Positions 30,225 through 39,584 of a DNA stretch of 64,000 nt are shown here, in pieces; positions within the stretch are counted from its first letter, which is position 1, and each line of letters begins with the position of its first letter. The DNA lies in NCBI GenBank assembly GCA_965208575.1, contig CBDBOV010000006.1:1-64000 (forward strand), in the 5' to 3' direction. Source of the DNA: Spirochaetia bacterium. GTDB taxonomy: Bacteria; Spirochaetota; Spirochaetia; SZUA-6; Bin103. The notes beneath the pieces are model-generated. The model did not search any database, was not told the DNA's origin, and was given only the letters and a program-made list of their open reading frames with translations. The position numbers were made by a program, and so were the translations under genes.

Positions 30225-31151
30225 CTACGACAACGTTGCCGGCGTGACTGACAGGTCCTCCTCGACCTGGACCAGGGCGTGGTGCGCGTCGTGCTCGAAC
30301 AGGAGCCACCACCCCTCCGCGGCGATCCGTTCCAGGTAGCGGCTGCGGGTGGCCATGGTGCGGCGCGGGTCGAGGTCGATCGCCGGCACGTAGTGCGGTT
30401 TGAGGTGCAGGGCGTACGGGAACAGGTCGGCGGTGAACAGCACGGTGCGGCCGCCGCCGGATACCGTCACCACCTGGTGGTGGTCGGTGTGGCCGGGCGC
30501 GTCGCGCAGGCCCACCCCAGGGATCACCTCCGCCTCCCCCGCCACCGTGTCGAGGACGCCCGCCGCGGCCAGAGGTTCCCAGGTCTCCGGCAGGTAGCTG
30601 GCCCGGCTGCGCCGGTCGGGGGAGCGAGCGTAGGCCAGCTCCCGCTCGTGCACCAGGTAGCGCGCCGCCGGGAAGGTGGGCCGCGGTCCGGCAGCCGTGG
30701 AGCGCACCGCGCCGCCGACGTGGTCGAAGTGCAGGTGGGTCAGCAGCACGTGCGTCACCGCGCCCGGCTCGATTCCGGCCGCTGCCAGTTCCGCCAACAG
30801 GCGCCACGCCGGATCGGTAACCCCGTACAGGTGGCGAAACCTGTCGCCCGCGGCCAGGTCGCCGAGTCCGGTGTCCACCAGCACCACCGCCTCGCGCCCG
30901 TCGGCGGCGCGACCGCGCACCACCAGGCAACGGGTGGCCGTCGCCACCCGGTTGCGCTCATCCGCTACGTAGGAGCGGCCCCAGATCGTGCGCGGCACGG
31001 TGCCGAACATCAGGCCGCCGTCGAGACCGAATGTGACGTCCGAACACGCCCGCAACTCCAGTTCGCCGAGGCGCACCGGGGCGGCACGTTCCGTGGCGGG
31101 TGGGCGCGCCATGGCCGCCGGCGGCTCACCCGGCTCCGCCGTCGCCGTCAC
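30225..31151 (-). CDS. MBL-fold metallo-hydrolase (YtnP-like)
   Basis: LDGGLMFGTVP, THLHFDHVGG (HxHxDH) and APGHT. Confidence 0.9.
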   Translation of the reverse strand: MTATAEPGEPPAAMARPPATERAAPVRLGELELRACSDVTFGLDGGLMFGTVPRTIWGRSYVADERNRVATATRCLVVRGRAADGREAVVLVDTGLGDLAAGDRFRHLYGVTDPAWRLLAELAAAGIEPGAVTHVLLTHLHFDHVGGAVRSTAAGPRPTFPAARYLVHERELAYARSPDRRSRASYLPETWEPLAAAGVLDTVAGEAEVIPGVGLRDAPGHTDHHQVVTVSGGGRTVLFTADLFPYALHLKPHYVPAIDLDPRRTMATRSRYLERIAAEGWWLLFEHDAHHALVQVEEDLSVTPATLS

Positions 31152-31154
31152 GCG

Positions 31155-31478
31155 CTACTGCAGCACCGACTTGGGCGTGGCCACGAGCCGGGTAACCTCG
31201 ATCGTGGAGCGCTCGATCAACTGCTCCACCTGCGGTGCGATCTCGTTCTTCCACTCGTCCGACTCGTACACCGCCGCGTACAGCCTCTCGCGCTCCTCCT
31301 CCGAGTCGAAGCGGCGCATCCAGACGTATGTCTGGTCATCGCTCTCACCGCGGAAGCTGCCCGCTATCACCATGCCGCGCGCCACCTGGAACGGGATGAT
31401 CGTCTCCTCCATGCAGCGCACCCACGCGTCCATCTTGCCCGGCAGCACCCGGTAGTGGCGCAGTTCGTAGAATGCCAT
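31155..31478 (-). CDS. NIPSNAP family protein
   Basis: FYELRHYRVLPGK...YVWMRRFDSEEER; GGAGG RBS. Confidence 0.88.
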   Translation of the reverse strand: MAFYELRHYRVLPGKMDAWVRCMEETIIPFQVARGMVIAGSFRGESDDQTYVWMRRFDSEEERERLYAAVYESDEWKNEIAPQVEQLIERSTIEVTRLVATPKSVLQ

Positions 31479-31504
31479 CGTCACCTCCTGTCGTCGAGAG
31501 AGTA

Positions 31505-31810
31505 TTACGCGGTAGCCTTCCGAGGCTCAACGTGTGCTTCGATCTCGCGGCCCACCTCCAATTCCGCACGCCGCAGCTCCCAAGTCTTCTGCAGGTTCAT
31601 CCACACCTGTGGAGTGGTTCCGAAGTAGCGGGCCAGCCGCAGCGCGGTGTCGGCAGTTACACCGCGCTGACCGTGCAGAATCGCCGTGATCCTGTTCCCC
31701 GGCACGTGCAACGCCTTCGCCAAAGAATTCGCAGAGATACCAAGCACTTCCATTTCATCCCGCAGTATCTCTCCCGGATGGACCGGTCTCATGCCGTTCC
31801 TTACACTCAT
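31505..31810 (-). CDS. higA: HigA family antitoxin
   Basis: PVHPGEIL...ITAILHGQRGVTADTALRLARYFGTTPQVWMNLQ. Confidence 0.93.
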   Translation of the reverse strand: MSVRNGMRPVHPGEILRDEMEVLGISANSLAKALHVPGNRITAILHGQRGVTADTALRLARYFGTTPQVWMNLQKTWELRRAELEVGREIEAHVEPRKATA

Positions 31811-31819
31811 TCCATCCTC

Positions 31820-32098
31820 CTAATGGTAGTCCACGATCTCCACGTCATGCGGTCCGTCTTGCTCCCATCGGAAGCACAGCCGCCACCGCTTGTTGATCCG
31901 TATGCTGTGCTGGCCTGCACGGTCGCCCTTCAGAAGTTCCAGGCGATTGCCCTGCAACGCTGCCAAGTCCACGAGGGACTCGGCGTTGTCGAGATAGGTG
32001 AGACGCCGCGTCGCCTGATCGGCGAACCCCTGAAACGCAGCAACGCGATTGCCCTCGAAGAATAGTCGCGTGTTCCGATCTCTGAAACCCCTGATCAA
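31820..32098 (-). CDS. higB: HigB (plasmid maintenance killer) toxin
   Basis: IRGFRD...GNRLELLKGDRAGQHSIRINKRWRLCFRW...VEIVDYH; probable TTG start; toxin-first order. Confidence 0.9.
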   Translation of the reverse strand: MIRGFRDRNTRLFFEGNRVAAFQGFADQATRRLTYLDNAESLVDLAALQGNRLELLKGDRAGQHSIRINKRWRLCFRWEQDGPHDVEIVDYH

Positions 32099-32208
32099 CG
32101 GGGATACGGTAGCCGATCCTACGGTGTACGTAAAGCGTCGCTCCGTCCTACCGCTCCCTGAGAACGCGGCCCTGGCGAGGCACTCGCCGAATCGGTTACG
32201 GTAACGGC

Positions 32209-33177
32209 GTGCTACAAGTGCGGATGAGCGGGCGCAGCTTCGCGTTTCCGGGCGGCTATGTGGGCGGGCTGGCCGACTGCGCCGCCGATCCGCACGACCC
32301 GGGCGCCGTGCCGGCGCTGCGGGCGGGCATGCGGCGGGACGGTTACCTGCTGCTGCGCGGGTTTGCCGACCGCGAGGCGGTGCTGGCAACGCGCCGCACG
32401 CTGCTGGACCGGATGGCCGCCGACGGCTGGCTGGCGCCGGATGACGAGCCGTTGGCCGGGCGCAGCAATCCCGGGCGCCGGGGCGCCCCCACCGTCGACT
32501 CCGAGCAGCCCGCCATCGCCGGATTCTACCGGGAGCAGCCGTTTCTGCCGTTCTTCGAGCGCTACTTCGGCGAGCCGGCGATGATCTACCCCAAGATCCT
32601 CACCCGCGTAAAGAACACTGGCGGGCGCACCGGCATCCACTTCGACAACGTCTACATCGGAGATGGCTCGCCGCGCTTGCTGAGCTGCTGGATGCCGTGG
32701 GGCGACGTCACTGCCGATCAGGGGACGCTGGCGATCTGCTCCGGATCGCACGATCTGGCCAGCTTTGCCCGCCTGCGCGACACCTACGGGCGCCACAACC
32801 CCGACCGCGACTACATCAAGGGCGCCGACAACGCCGCCGGCCACTTCTCGTTCCAACTGCACGAGGTCACCGAGCGGTTCGGCGGGCGCTGGCTGACCGC
32901 CAACTTTCGCGCCGGCGACGTGCTGGTGTTCCCGCCGTTCACCATGCACTGCGCGCTCGACAACACCACCGACCGCTTCCGCATCAGCTCCGACACCCGC
33001 TTCCAGCCGGCCGCCGACGCCACCGACCCGCGCTTCATGGCCGAGCAGCACATGCGCAGCGCGCTGCGCCACCGCTACCGCGTCGCCGACGGCGAGGTGG
33101 CCGCGCTGACCATGGACCAGGCGCGCGCCAAGTGGGGCCTGGGGGCAACCGCACCCACACGGCGCGAGCCGGGCTGA
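32209..33177 (+). CDS. Phytanoyl-CoA dioxygenase (PhyH) family Fe/2OG dioxygenase
   Basis: RDGYLLLRG, TGIHFD (HxD), CWMPWGD, GDVLVF..TMH and RISSDTRFQ. Confidence 0.88.
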   Translation: MLQVRMSGRSFAFPGGYVGGLADCAADPHDPGAVPALRAGMRRDGYLLLRGFADREAVLATRRTLLDRMAADGWLAPDDEPLAGRSNPGRRGAPTVDSEQPAIAGFYREQPFLPFFERYFGEPAMIYPKILTRVKNTGGRTGIHFDNVYIGDGSPRLLSCWMPWGDVTADQGTLAICSGSHDLASFARLRDTYGRHNPDRDYIKGADNAAGHFSFQLHEVTERFGGRWLTANFRAGDVLVFPPFTMHCALDNTTDRFRISSDTRFQPAADATDPRFMAEQHMRSALRHRYRVADGEVAALTMDQARAKWGLGATAPTRREPG

Positions 33178-33219
33178 TCGGCGCCGGGCGATTCGGATAG
33201 GCTGTCACCCGAGACACCG

Positions 33220-34227
33220 ATGCGAGTGAAACCGTTCATCGTCGGCAGCGGCATGTCGGGCAAGGCGATCGCCAAGGCCCTGGCCGTGATCGACATCGTC
33301 GACCCCGACCTCACCGTGGAGGCGCCCACCCAACTGCGCCGCGGGCAGCCCCTCGCCGGCCTGGCGGAGGGTCACGAGCAGCCGGTGCTGTGCATCTGCA
33401 ACCCGCACGGCCTGCACGCCCGCTACGTGATCGAGGCGCAGCGCGCCGGCTTCCGCGCCATCATTCTGGACAAGCCGCCGTGCGTGAACCTGGACGAACT
33501 GGCCGCCCTGCGCCGCCTGACCGCCGCGTGCGGCGACGAGTTGGCAGTGGCGGTGCTGCACGGCTACCGGCAGATGTGGGGGCCGCAGCAGATGCGGAAG
33601 ATGATCGCCGCCGGCGAGCTGGGCGACCTGTTCGCCATCGAGGGCGCCTATTGGCAGTCGTCGGCGGCCGAGCTGGCGGTGGCCACCGAGCCGCGCCCCG
33701 ACAAGGCGTGGAAGAGCGACGTCTCCCTCGGCGGCCCGACGGACACCTGCGTCGATCTCGGTACGCACTGGGTGGACCTGATGATGTTTCTGGCCGGCGA
33801 ACGGCCCGTGTCGGCGCGCACCTGGCTGTCGCACGTCAACGCCCCGGCGCCGAACCGGGACACCCACGTGCAGGTCTACCTGCAATTCCCGGCCTGCCGG
33901 TCGCTCGGGTCGGCCTCCAAGGGCGTGCACGGCGCCAGCCACCTGGACGTATCGGTGCTCGGCAGCGAGCGGGCGGTGCACTGGTCGTTCAACAATCCCG
34001 ACGAACTGCGTGTGGGGCGCGGCAACCAGGTCACCTGCATGCACCGCACCGCCGGGCGCTACGGCTCGCAGCAGCCGCCCTACCACGGCACCGGCTGGCT
34101 GGAGGGCTACACCGAGGTCTCGCACTGCTTCCTGCAGCGCCTCGCCGGGCGCGACGCCCCCGCGCACCCCACGCTGACCGAGGCACTCGACGTGATGGAG
34201 GTGCTGCTCACCGCCCAACCGCTGTAG
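33220..34227 (+). CDS. Gfo/Idh/MocA family oxidoreductase
   Basis: GSGMSG, NPHGLH, LDKPP and DLGTHWVD. Confidence 0.85.
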   Translation: MRVKPFIVGSGMSGKAIAKALAVIDIVDPDLTVEAPTQLRRGQPLAGLAEGHEQPVLCICNPHGLHARYVIEAQRAGFRAIILDKPPCVNLDELAALRRLTAACGDELAVAVLHGYRQMWGPQQMRKMIAAGELGDLFAIEGAYWQSSAAELAVATEPRPDKAWKSDVSLGGPTDTCVDLGTHWVDLMMFLAGERPVSARTWLSHVNAPAPNRDTHVQVYLQFPACRSLGSASKGVHGASHLDVSVLGSERAVHWSFNNPDELRVGRGNQVTCMHRTAGRYGSQQPPYHGTGWLEGYTEVSHCFLQRLAGRDAPAHPTLTEALDVMEVLLTAQPL

Positions 34228-34277
34228 CAGTTTCCGCAGATTCCACTCCGGCTTGACGCCGCTACGCCAGTTCGGGG

Positions 34278-34583
34278 ATGGTGAAACCCGTGAATGCCGA
34301 GGCAATTGCCATAGCTGGTGTTGGCGTGGCCCTGCTGGCCGTACTGGTGCCGGTGGTGGTCCTGCAGAGCCGCCGCCTGGAACAACGCATAGACGCCGTC
34401 GCCGTCGCTCTGACAACTACCCGTACCGAGTTGCGCGCCGACGTGGCGGAGGTGCGCCGCGACCTCCACGCCCTGGCGGAACGCGTGGCGCGCATCGAGG
34501 GTGCGCTCACCGGTCCCTGGCGCCCCACCAACGGCTCGCCTGCGGCGGCATCCAAGACGCCCCCGGAAGCCACCGCCGAGTGA
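34278..34583 (+). CDS. Small hypothetical membrane-anchored coiled-coil protein
   Basis: N-terminal hydrophobic helix then heptad-like ELRADVAEVRRDLHALAERVARIEG. Confidence 0.65.
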   Translation: MVKPVNAEAIAIAGVGVALLAVLVPVVVLQSRRLEQRIDAVAVALTTTRTELRADVAEVRRDLHALAERVARIEGALTGPWRPTNGSPAAASKTPPEATAE

Positions 34584-34600
34584 GCAGTCAACCGCGCTAG

Positions 34601-36371
34601 CCCGCATCGCTCACCAAGGGGATCGGCTGGCCGATTTGGTCCCGAGTTGAGGGCGCCGGAAGTGTGCAGAGAGCAAGGAGGGGCCGTGGGGCGGCGGTGC
34701 GAGCGTGGTTTTCGTGCCACGCGCCGCTGATCAGGTCGTAATGGTCAGTCACAGGCGCTGCAAGCTGCGGAATTGGACGCACCTCCCCCTGGTCAGACCT
34801 GCTGCAGTGAGTTTCGTGGCGCTGTGGCGGGGCTACCCAGGTGCGTCGCGCACAGGGGCCACGCACACGGGGGCAGCGCGCAGGGCGGTGAGCGCCTGTG
34901 CGAACAGCTCCTGCAACGGATATACCGATGACAACGAGATCCGTACCCTGCGCACCGACACCTTGATACGTCCCGCGAGCTTGATCAGCCGCGCCCGGAT
35001 GGTGTCGAAGCGCGCGTTGGCAAGCTCGGTTCCTTGCAGTCCCACGCGGCGCAGGATCGTCAACAGGATGCCGGCAAAGGCGGAGAAGTACAGCCGTATC
35101 TGATTGGCACGCATCGTCGCCGTCGAGGTACGGTCGGCGAACAGCCACAGTTGCTGCTCCTTGATGCGGTTCTCCATGTCACCACGGGCGCAGTACAGCT
35201 CTTCGTAGAGGGCCTGCTTGGCAATCGTCTGCCGGTCGAGGCTGGTCACCACGAAGCGCGGATTGCCGCCGCCGGTGCCAGGCAGCCACTCCGCCTTGGC
35301 CACCACCCGGCGGCTTCGGCTCCACGAGTCCAGCGTTCGGTAGCGGAACTCCCGGAACCGTCGCGACGCCTTCCCGCTCGCCGCACTGCGGCGCCGCGAC
35401 TTGCGCAGCGCCTTGGCGATGCGCCGCTGCAGGCGTGCGTTGCGCGCCAAGCCGAGCACATAATCGACGCCGTTGTCCTCGCACCAAGCCATGATCGATT
35501 CGCGACAGAATCCCGAGTCACCGCGCACCAGAATCTTCGTCTCCGGCCAGCGTTGGCGGATCTGCGCCACTATCACTGTCAGTTCCTCCACCGCTCCGTC
35601 ACTCGCGTCGCAGTCGGCGCGGCGCAGACGGCAGCGCAGCACATGCTCGCCACAGGTGATGTACAGCGGCAGATAACAGTAATGGCCGTAGTAGCCATGG
35701 AAGAAGCGGCCTTCCTGGTTGCCGTGCAACCGGTCATCGGTCGCATCCAGATCCAGCACTACCTGTGCCGGCGGTCGCCGCTCGCTGTCCAGAAACAGAT
35801 CCACCAGCAGGTCGTCGATGATCCGGCCATCGGCGAGGATCTTCTTGTAGCGATGACACTTGGCCGTGTCTGGATCGCCCAGCTCCAGGCGGTTCAAGGT
35901 GCTGGACCCGGCCAGGGCGTGACCGCGGTCACGTTCGCGCAGGCGCTGCGCGCCGGTCACATCGGCGCACCCGGTGGCCAACGCCAGAGCGCTGTCGTCA
36001 CGCAATCGGTCATGGTCATTGAGGTCCTCATAGCCGGCCGCCAGCCCCAGCACCCGCTGGGCGATCAGGATCTGAAGGGGATGCTCGACCCGCTCCGGAT
36101 CGCGATAGTCGGTGAAACAGGCCGCCAGTCGGCCGGTCACGTCAAATAACCGGTCAGCTTCGCGGAGCAACAGCACGCCGCTGTCCGATGTCAGCCGACC
36201 GCCATCAAACGCGCCCACGACCGAGCGCCGTCCGAGACCTTCAAATAGCAGTTGTTCTGTAGTACAGTGTGTTTCCACGGGGTGGTTCCTTGTGGCTTTG
36301 TATTTGTTGCTACCATATACAGATAACCACAAATTCCACCCCGTGTCTATCCCCCTGGTGAGCTTTCCGGG
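34601..36371 (-). mobile_element. IS1380 family insertion sequence
   Basis: Imperfect IRs CCCGCATCGCTCACCAAGGGGA (34601) and revcomp CCCGGAAAGCTCACCAGGGGGA (36371); CTAG duplicated at 34597-34600 and 36372-36375. Confidence 0.9.
34833..36278 (-). CDS. IS1380 family transposase
   Basis: FDGGRLTSDSG, GYEDLNDH, LDLDATDD, VRGDSGF and YCARGDMENRIKEQ; GTG start with AAGGA RBS. Confidence 0.93.
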   Translation of the reverse strand: METHCTTEQLLFEGLGRRSVVGAFDGGRLTSDSGVLLLREADRLFDVTGRLAACFTDYRDPERVEHPLQILIAQRVLGLAAGYEDLNDHDRLRDDSALALATGCADVTGAQRLRERDRGHALAGSSTLNRLELGDPDTAKCHRYKKILADGRIIDDLLVDLFLDSERRPPAQVVLDLDATDDRLHGNQEGRFFHGYYGHYCYLPLYITCGEHVLRCRLRRADCDASDGAVEELTVIVAQIRQRWPETKILVRGDSGFCRESIMAWCEDNGVDYVLGLARNARLQRRIAKALRKSRRRSAASGKASRRFREFRYRTLDSWSRSRRVVAKAEWLPGTGGGNPRFVVTSLDRQTIAKQALYEELYCARGDMENRIKEQQLWLFADRTSTATMRANQIRLYFSAFAGILLTILRRVGLQGTELANARFDTIRARLIKLAGRIKVSVRRVRISLSSVYPLQELFAQALTALRAAPVCVAPVRDAPG

Positions 36372-37403
36372 CTAGGCGGCCTGGTCGCCGGGCCGGCCGC
36401 GCATGCGGGCGTGGGCGCGTTCGCGCATGCGGCGGTGGGCCTCCTTGGAGCCGTCGTGGAAGCTGCCGAACCAGCGGTCGATCGGCACCGTGCCGTCACC
36501 GCCGTAGTTGCACTCGAAGTAGCGGTGGTGCAGGTAGTGGAAGTAGTTGGCGTTGCGGACCGTTTTGCCCTTGTTGCCGAACTCCAGCTCGTCGAAACCG
36601 GAGTGGCCCGGCGCCGGCGACAGCCCGGCGTGCATCAGGTGCATCATCGCGTGCAGCGGGTGCGACGGTATGATCCAGTGCAGGAACACCCCGGTGAAGT
36701 AGATCAGGTGCTCGATCGGATGCATCGACAGCCCCGACCAGGGTCCGATGTTGACGTTCTTGTGATGCAGGTAGTGGGCCGCCTTGTAGAGCGGCTTCCA
36801 ATGGGTGAGCCGGTGCGCCCAGTAGAAGTGCACCTCGCGCATCAGGCCGACGGCCACGAGCAGCAGGACGAAGTAGACCGGGTTGGTGCGGAAGTCGACG
36901 TACGGCAGGTGGCCGTTGGCGTACATCCACATCGTCAGGGCCTCGAACAGCGACCAGACGCCGACCCCGCTGACCAGGGTCCAGAACATATTGTCACGCG
37001 TCTGATTGCCGAACAGGAACCGGCGGTTGCCGGTGCTGAGCCAGCGCTCGTTGTACTTGTAGTGCGTGCCCTGCGCCCGCTTGATGTACAGGCGCAGGTG
37101 CCAGGCGCCGAACCACAGCAGGACGATCCCGACGTTGCGCAGGTAGATACCGATCATCCAGCCCGGCTCGAAGCGCGCCATGCGCTCCAACTCCGGGGTC
37201 AGGAACAGCCAGGCGACCACGCTCACCGCGATGAAGATGGCGTTGAACGGATACAGGTAGCCGGGGAATCCGAACAGCCACTTCAGAAACGCCTTCGGCC
37301 GCGGCGGCCACACGAACACCGCCGGCGTCTGTATCAACTCCGCGGGCTGCCACTCGCCGCGTGCATCGCGCGCTCCAAGATCCGCTTCCGCCACTGCCGT
37401 CAC
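36372..37403 (-). CDS. Sterol desaturase / fatty acid hydroxylase family protein
   Basis: His boxes HFYWAHRLTH, HYLHH and FHYLHHRYFECNYG; TM helices; GTG start with GGGAGG RBS. Confidence 0.9.
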   Translation of the reverse strand: MTAVAEADLGARDARGEWQPAELIQTPAVFVWPPRPKAFLKWLFGFPGYLYPFNAIFIAVSVVAWLFLTPELERMARFEPGWMIGIYLRNVGIVLLWFGAWHLRLYIKRAQGTHYKYNERWLSTGNRRFLFGNQTRDNMFWTLVSGVGVWSLFEALTMWMYANGHLPYVDFRTNPVYFVLLLVAVGLMREVHFYWAHRLTHWKPLYKAAHYLHHKNVNIGPWSGLSMHPIEHLIYFTGVFLHWIIPSHPLHAMMHLMHAGLSPAPGHSGFDELEFGNKGKTVRNANYFHYLHHRYFECNYGGDGTVPIDRWFGSFHDGSKEAHRRMRERAHARMRGRPGDQAA

Positions 37404-37624
37404 CCTCCCGGTTGGTGTGCGGCCCGCCACCCTGGCAAGCGCCGGGTTGCCCGCCCGCCCTCCTTTCTGGCACAAAACAGCTCTTCGCGCAAGGAGGCGA
37501 AGCGACTTCCGGCAGCTCCCGGCAGCCCGCGCTGCCGGCCCTACCGGTCGCTGCCGACGACCTGGGTGGCCGTGGCCTGCCGGTAGCGGTGGTCAGCAAC
37601 GACCGATTCGTTGCCGTGTTGCAA

Positions 37625-37642
37625 AAGAAACGATCATTTCTT
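37625..37642. promoter_or_regulatory. Palindrome upstream of the Fic gene (possible autoregulatory operator)
   Basis: AAGAAA-CGATCA-TTTCTT in an AT-rich patch. Confidence 0.45.
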
Positions 37643-37676
37643 AAGATCGCCATAAGGAAGGGAAGGCTTCTCAACG

Positions 37677-38834
37677 ATGGCACGCACTACCGGCCGGTAC
37701 CGCATCACCAGCACCATGGGAGAGCAGGTGCGCGCGTTCGTCCCCGACCCGTTGCCGCCGGCGAATCCGCCGCTGGCCCTGCATGGGCCGGCGACAGAGC
37801 TGCACGCCGGTGCTCTGGCCGCTCTTTCCCGCCTCACTCTGGCCGGAACGATGGTGCCGAGCACCGATTGGTTCCTGTACGGTTTCGTCCGCAAGGAGGC
37901 GGTACTCACCTCGCAGATCGAAGGGGTGCAGGCCACGCTCCCGGACGTGGTGACCTATGATGCGACCGCCCGCACCGAGCGATTCGAAGATGTCCAGGAG
38001 GTCTGCCACTACGTCGACGCCCTCGCATACGCTCGCGCCCAGATCGCCGATCCGCGTGGGCTGCCGCTCAGCATCCGCCTGCTGCGCGATACCCATCGCA
38101 TCCTGATGAGCGGCGTCCGCGGCAGTGACAAGCTACCGGGGGAGATACGCCGGTCGCAAAACTGGATCGGCGGCAGACGGCCGGGCACCGCCCGCTTCGT
38201 TCCGCCTCCGCCCGAGGATGTCCCGGCCGCGCTGGCGGCGCTGGAGCGGTGGTGGCATGCCGACAGCGACCTGCCGCCGCTGGTTCGGGCCGGGCTCGCA
38301 CACGTGCAGTTCGAGACGATCCACCCGTTCCTGGACGGCAACGGCCGCATCGGCCGGCTGCTGATCGCCCTGCTGATCGAGCACTGGGGCCTGCTCGATC
38401 AGCCATTGCTCTACCTCAGCGTGGCGTTCCGGCGGGCTCAGGCCGAGTACTACGAACGGCTGTCGGCCGTGCGCTCCGCCGGCGACTGGGAAGGCTGGAC
38501 CGCGTTCTTCCTGGAGTGTGTGCACGTCGCTGCCGACGACGGCGTGCGCGTTGCCCGCGACATCCATGCCCTGGTCGGGCGCCACCGCAGCCGCATCCTG
38601 TCGCACGGCCGCTCGACCGTTGCGGCGCTTCGCTTGGTGGAGCGCCTGCCCGCCAATCCGGTGGTAACCGTACCCAGGGCATCCGAGCTGCTCGCTCTGA
38701 CGGCGCCGGCAGTCCGGAAGGCAGTCGCGCTGCTCGAAGACCTTGGCGTGCTGCGCGAGGTCACCGGCCGGCAGCGCGGCCGCGTGTACGCATATCACGA
38801 GTACCTGGAAGCCCTGATCGGTGGCGACGGCTGA
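37677..38834 (+). CDS. Fic family protein with C-terminal HTH
   Basis: Canonical HPFLDGNGRIGR motif; N-terminal SQIEG inhibitory-like motif. Confidence 0.93.
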   Translation: MARTTGRYRITSTMGEQVRAFVPDPLPPANPPLALHGPATELHAGALAALSRLTLAGTMVPSTDWFLYGFVRKEAVLTSQIEGVQATLPDVVTYDATARTERFEDVQEVCHYVDALAYARAQIADPRGLPLSIRLLRDTHRILMSGVRGSDKLPGEIRRSQNWIGGRRPGTARFVPPPPEDVPAALAALERWWHADSDLPPLVRAGLAHVQFETIHPFLDGNGRIGRLLIALLIEHWGLLDQPLLYLSVAFRRAQAEYYERLSAVRSAGDWEGWTAFFLECVHVAADDGVRVARDIHALVGRHRSRILSHGRSTVAALRLVERLPANPVVTVPRASELLALTAPAVRKAVALLEDLGVLREVTGRQRGRVYAYHEYLEALIGGDG

Positions 38835-38880
38835 ACCGCCAGGCGGTCGGCGCGCCGGCGTTCCTGTGCCAGCTCGTCCG

Positions 38881-39040
38881 TCAGCCGGCCTGCTGCAGCT
38901 CACCCACCGTGGCGTCGAGCGCGGCTTGCTCGACGTCGGCGAGCACCACGCGCATGCCCTCACGCGCAAAACGCTCCGCCAGGCCACGACCGATGCCGGC
39001 TGCTGCTCCGGTCACCACCGCAGTGCGCCCCGCCTGGAGA
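38881..39040 (-). pseudogene. Short-chain dehydrogenase N-terminal fragment
   Basis: Minus strand reads GRTAVVTGAAAGIGRGLAERFAREGMRVVLADVEQAALDATVGELQQAG* (TGxxxGIG motif), then stops. Confidence 0.75.
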
Positions 39041-39070
39041 CTCGGCCGCCATCCCACCCTCTGTCTGGAC

Positions 39071-39130
39071 TTGCTTTTCTGTTACTACCAAGATTGCTAT
39101 ATTGCTTCTACGAGCGTTGCTATTTTGTTA
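39071..39130. repeat. Three imperfect 14-bp direct repeats with 23-bp period
   Basis: TTGCTTTTCTGTTA (39071), TTGCTATATTGCTT (39094), TTGCTATTTTGTTA (39117). Confidence 0.6.
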
Positions 39131-39167
39131 ATAGGAGCATTCCCCAGGTGCTGATGGCCGACTGTAG

Positions 39168-39576
39168 ATGACCTACCGAGCACGAATTGCAGACCGCGAG
39201 TTGCGGCGCCGCCTCGACGCCAACGGCGCCGTCGTCATCGAGGGGTCAAGACCCTTTGTTCGAGTCGCTGGTTATTCGCGACCTGCGCATCTACGCCCAA
39301 CACAGTGACGCCGAGGTACTCCAGTATCGTGACAATACCGGTCTCGAGGTCGATGCCATCGTGCAGCGCTCGGACGGGCGGTGGGCGGCGTTCGAAGTCA
39401 AGTTGGGGACGGGGATGATCGACCACGCAGCGACCAACCTGCTGCGCTTCGCCAAGCGCGTGGACACGAGCAGGAGCAGATCCCCAACCGCGCTCGCCGT
39501 GATCGTGGCTCGTGGCTACGGCTATGTGCGTCCGGACGGGGTCCACGTGATCCCAATCGGAGCGCTCGGACCGTAG
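39168..39576 (+). pseudogene. AAA+/DUF4143-type ATP-binding protein with large internal deletion
   Basis: N-terminus MTYRARIADRELRRRLDANGAVVIEG stops just before Walker A and is joined out of frame to the C-terminal nuclease part LFESLVIRDL...EVDAIV...AFEVKLG. Confidence 0.78.
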
Positions 39577-39584
39577 CCCACGCG

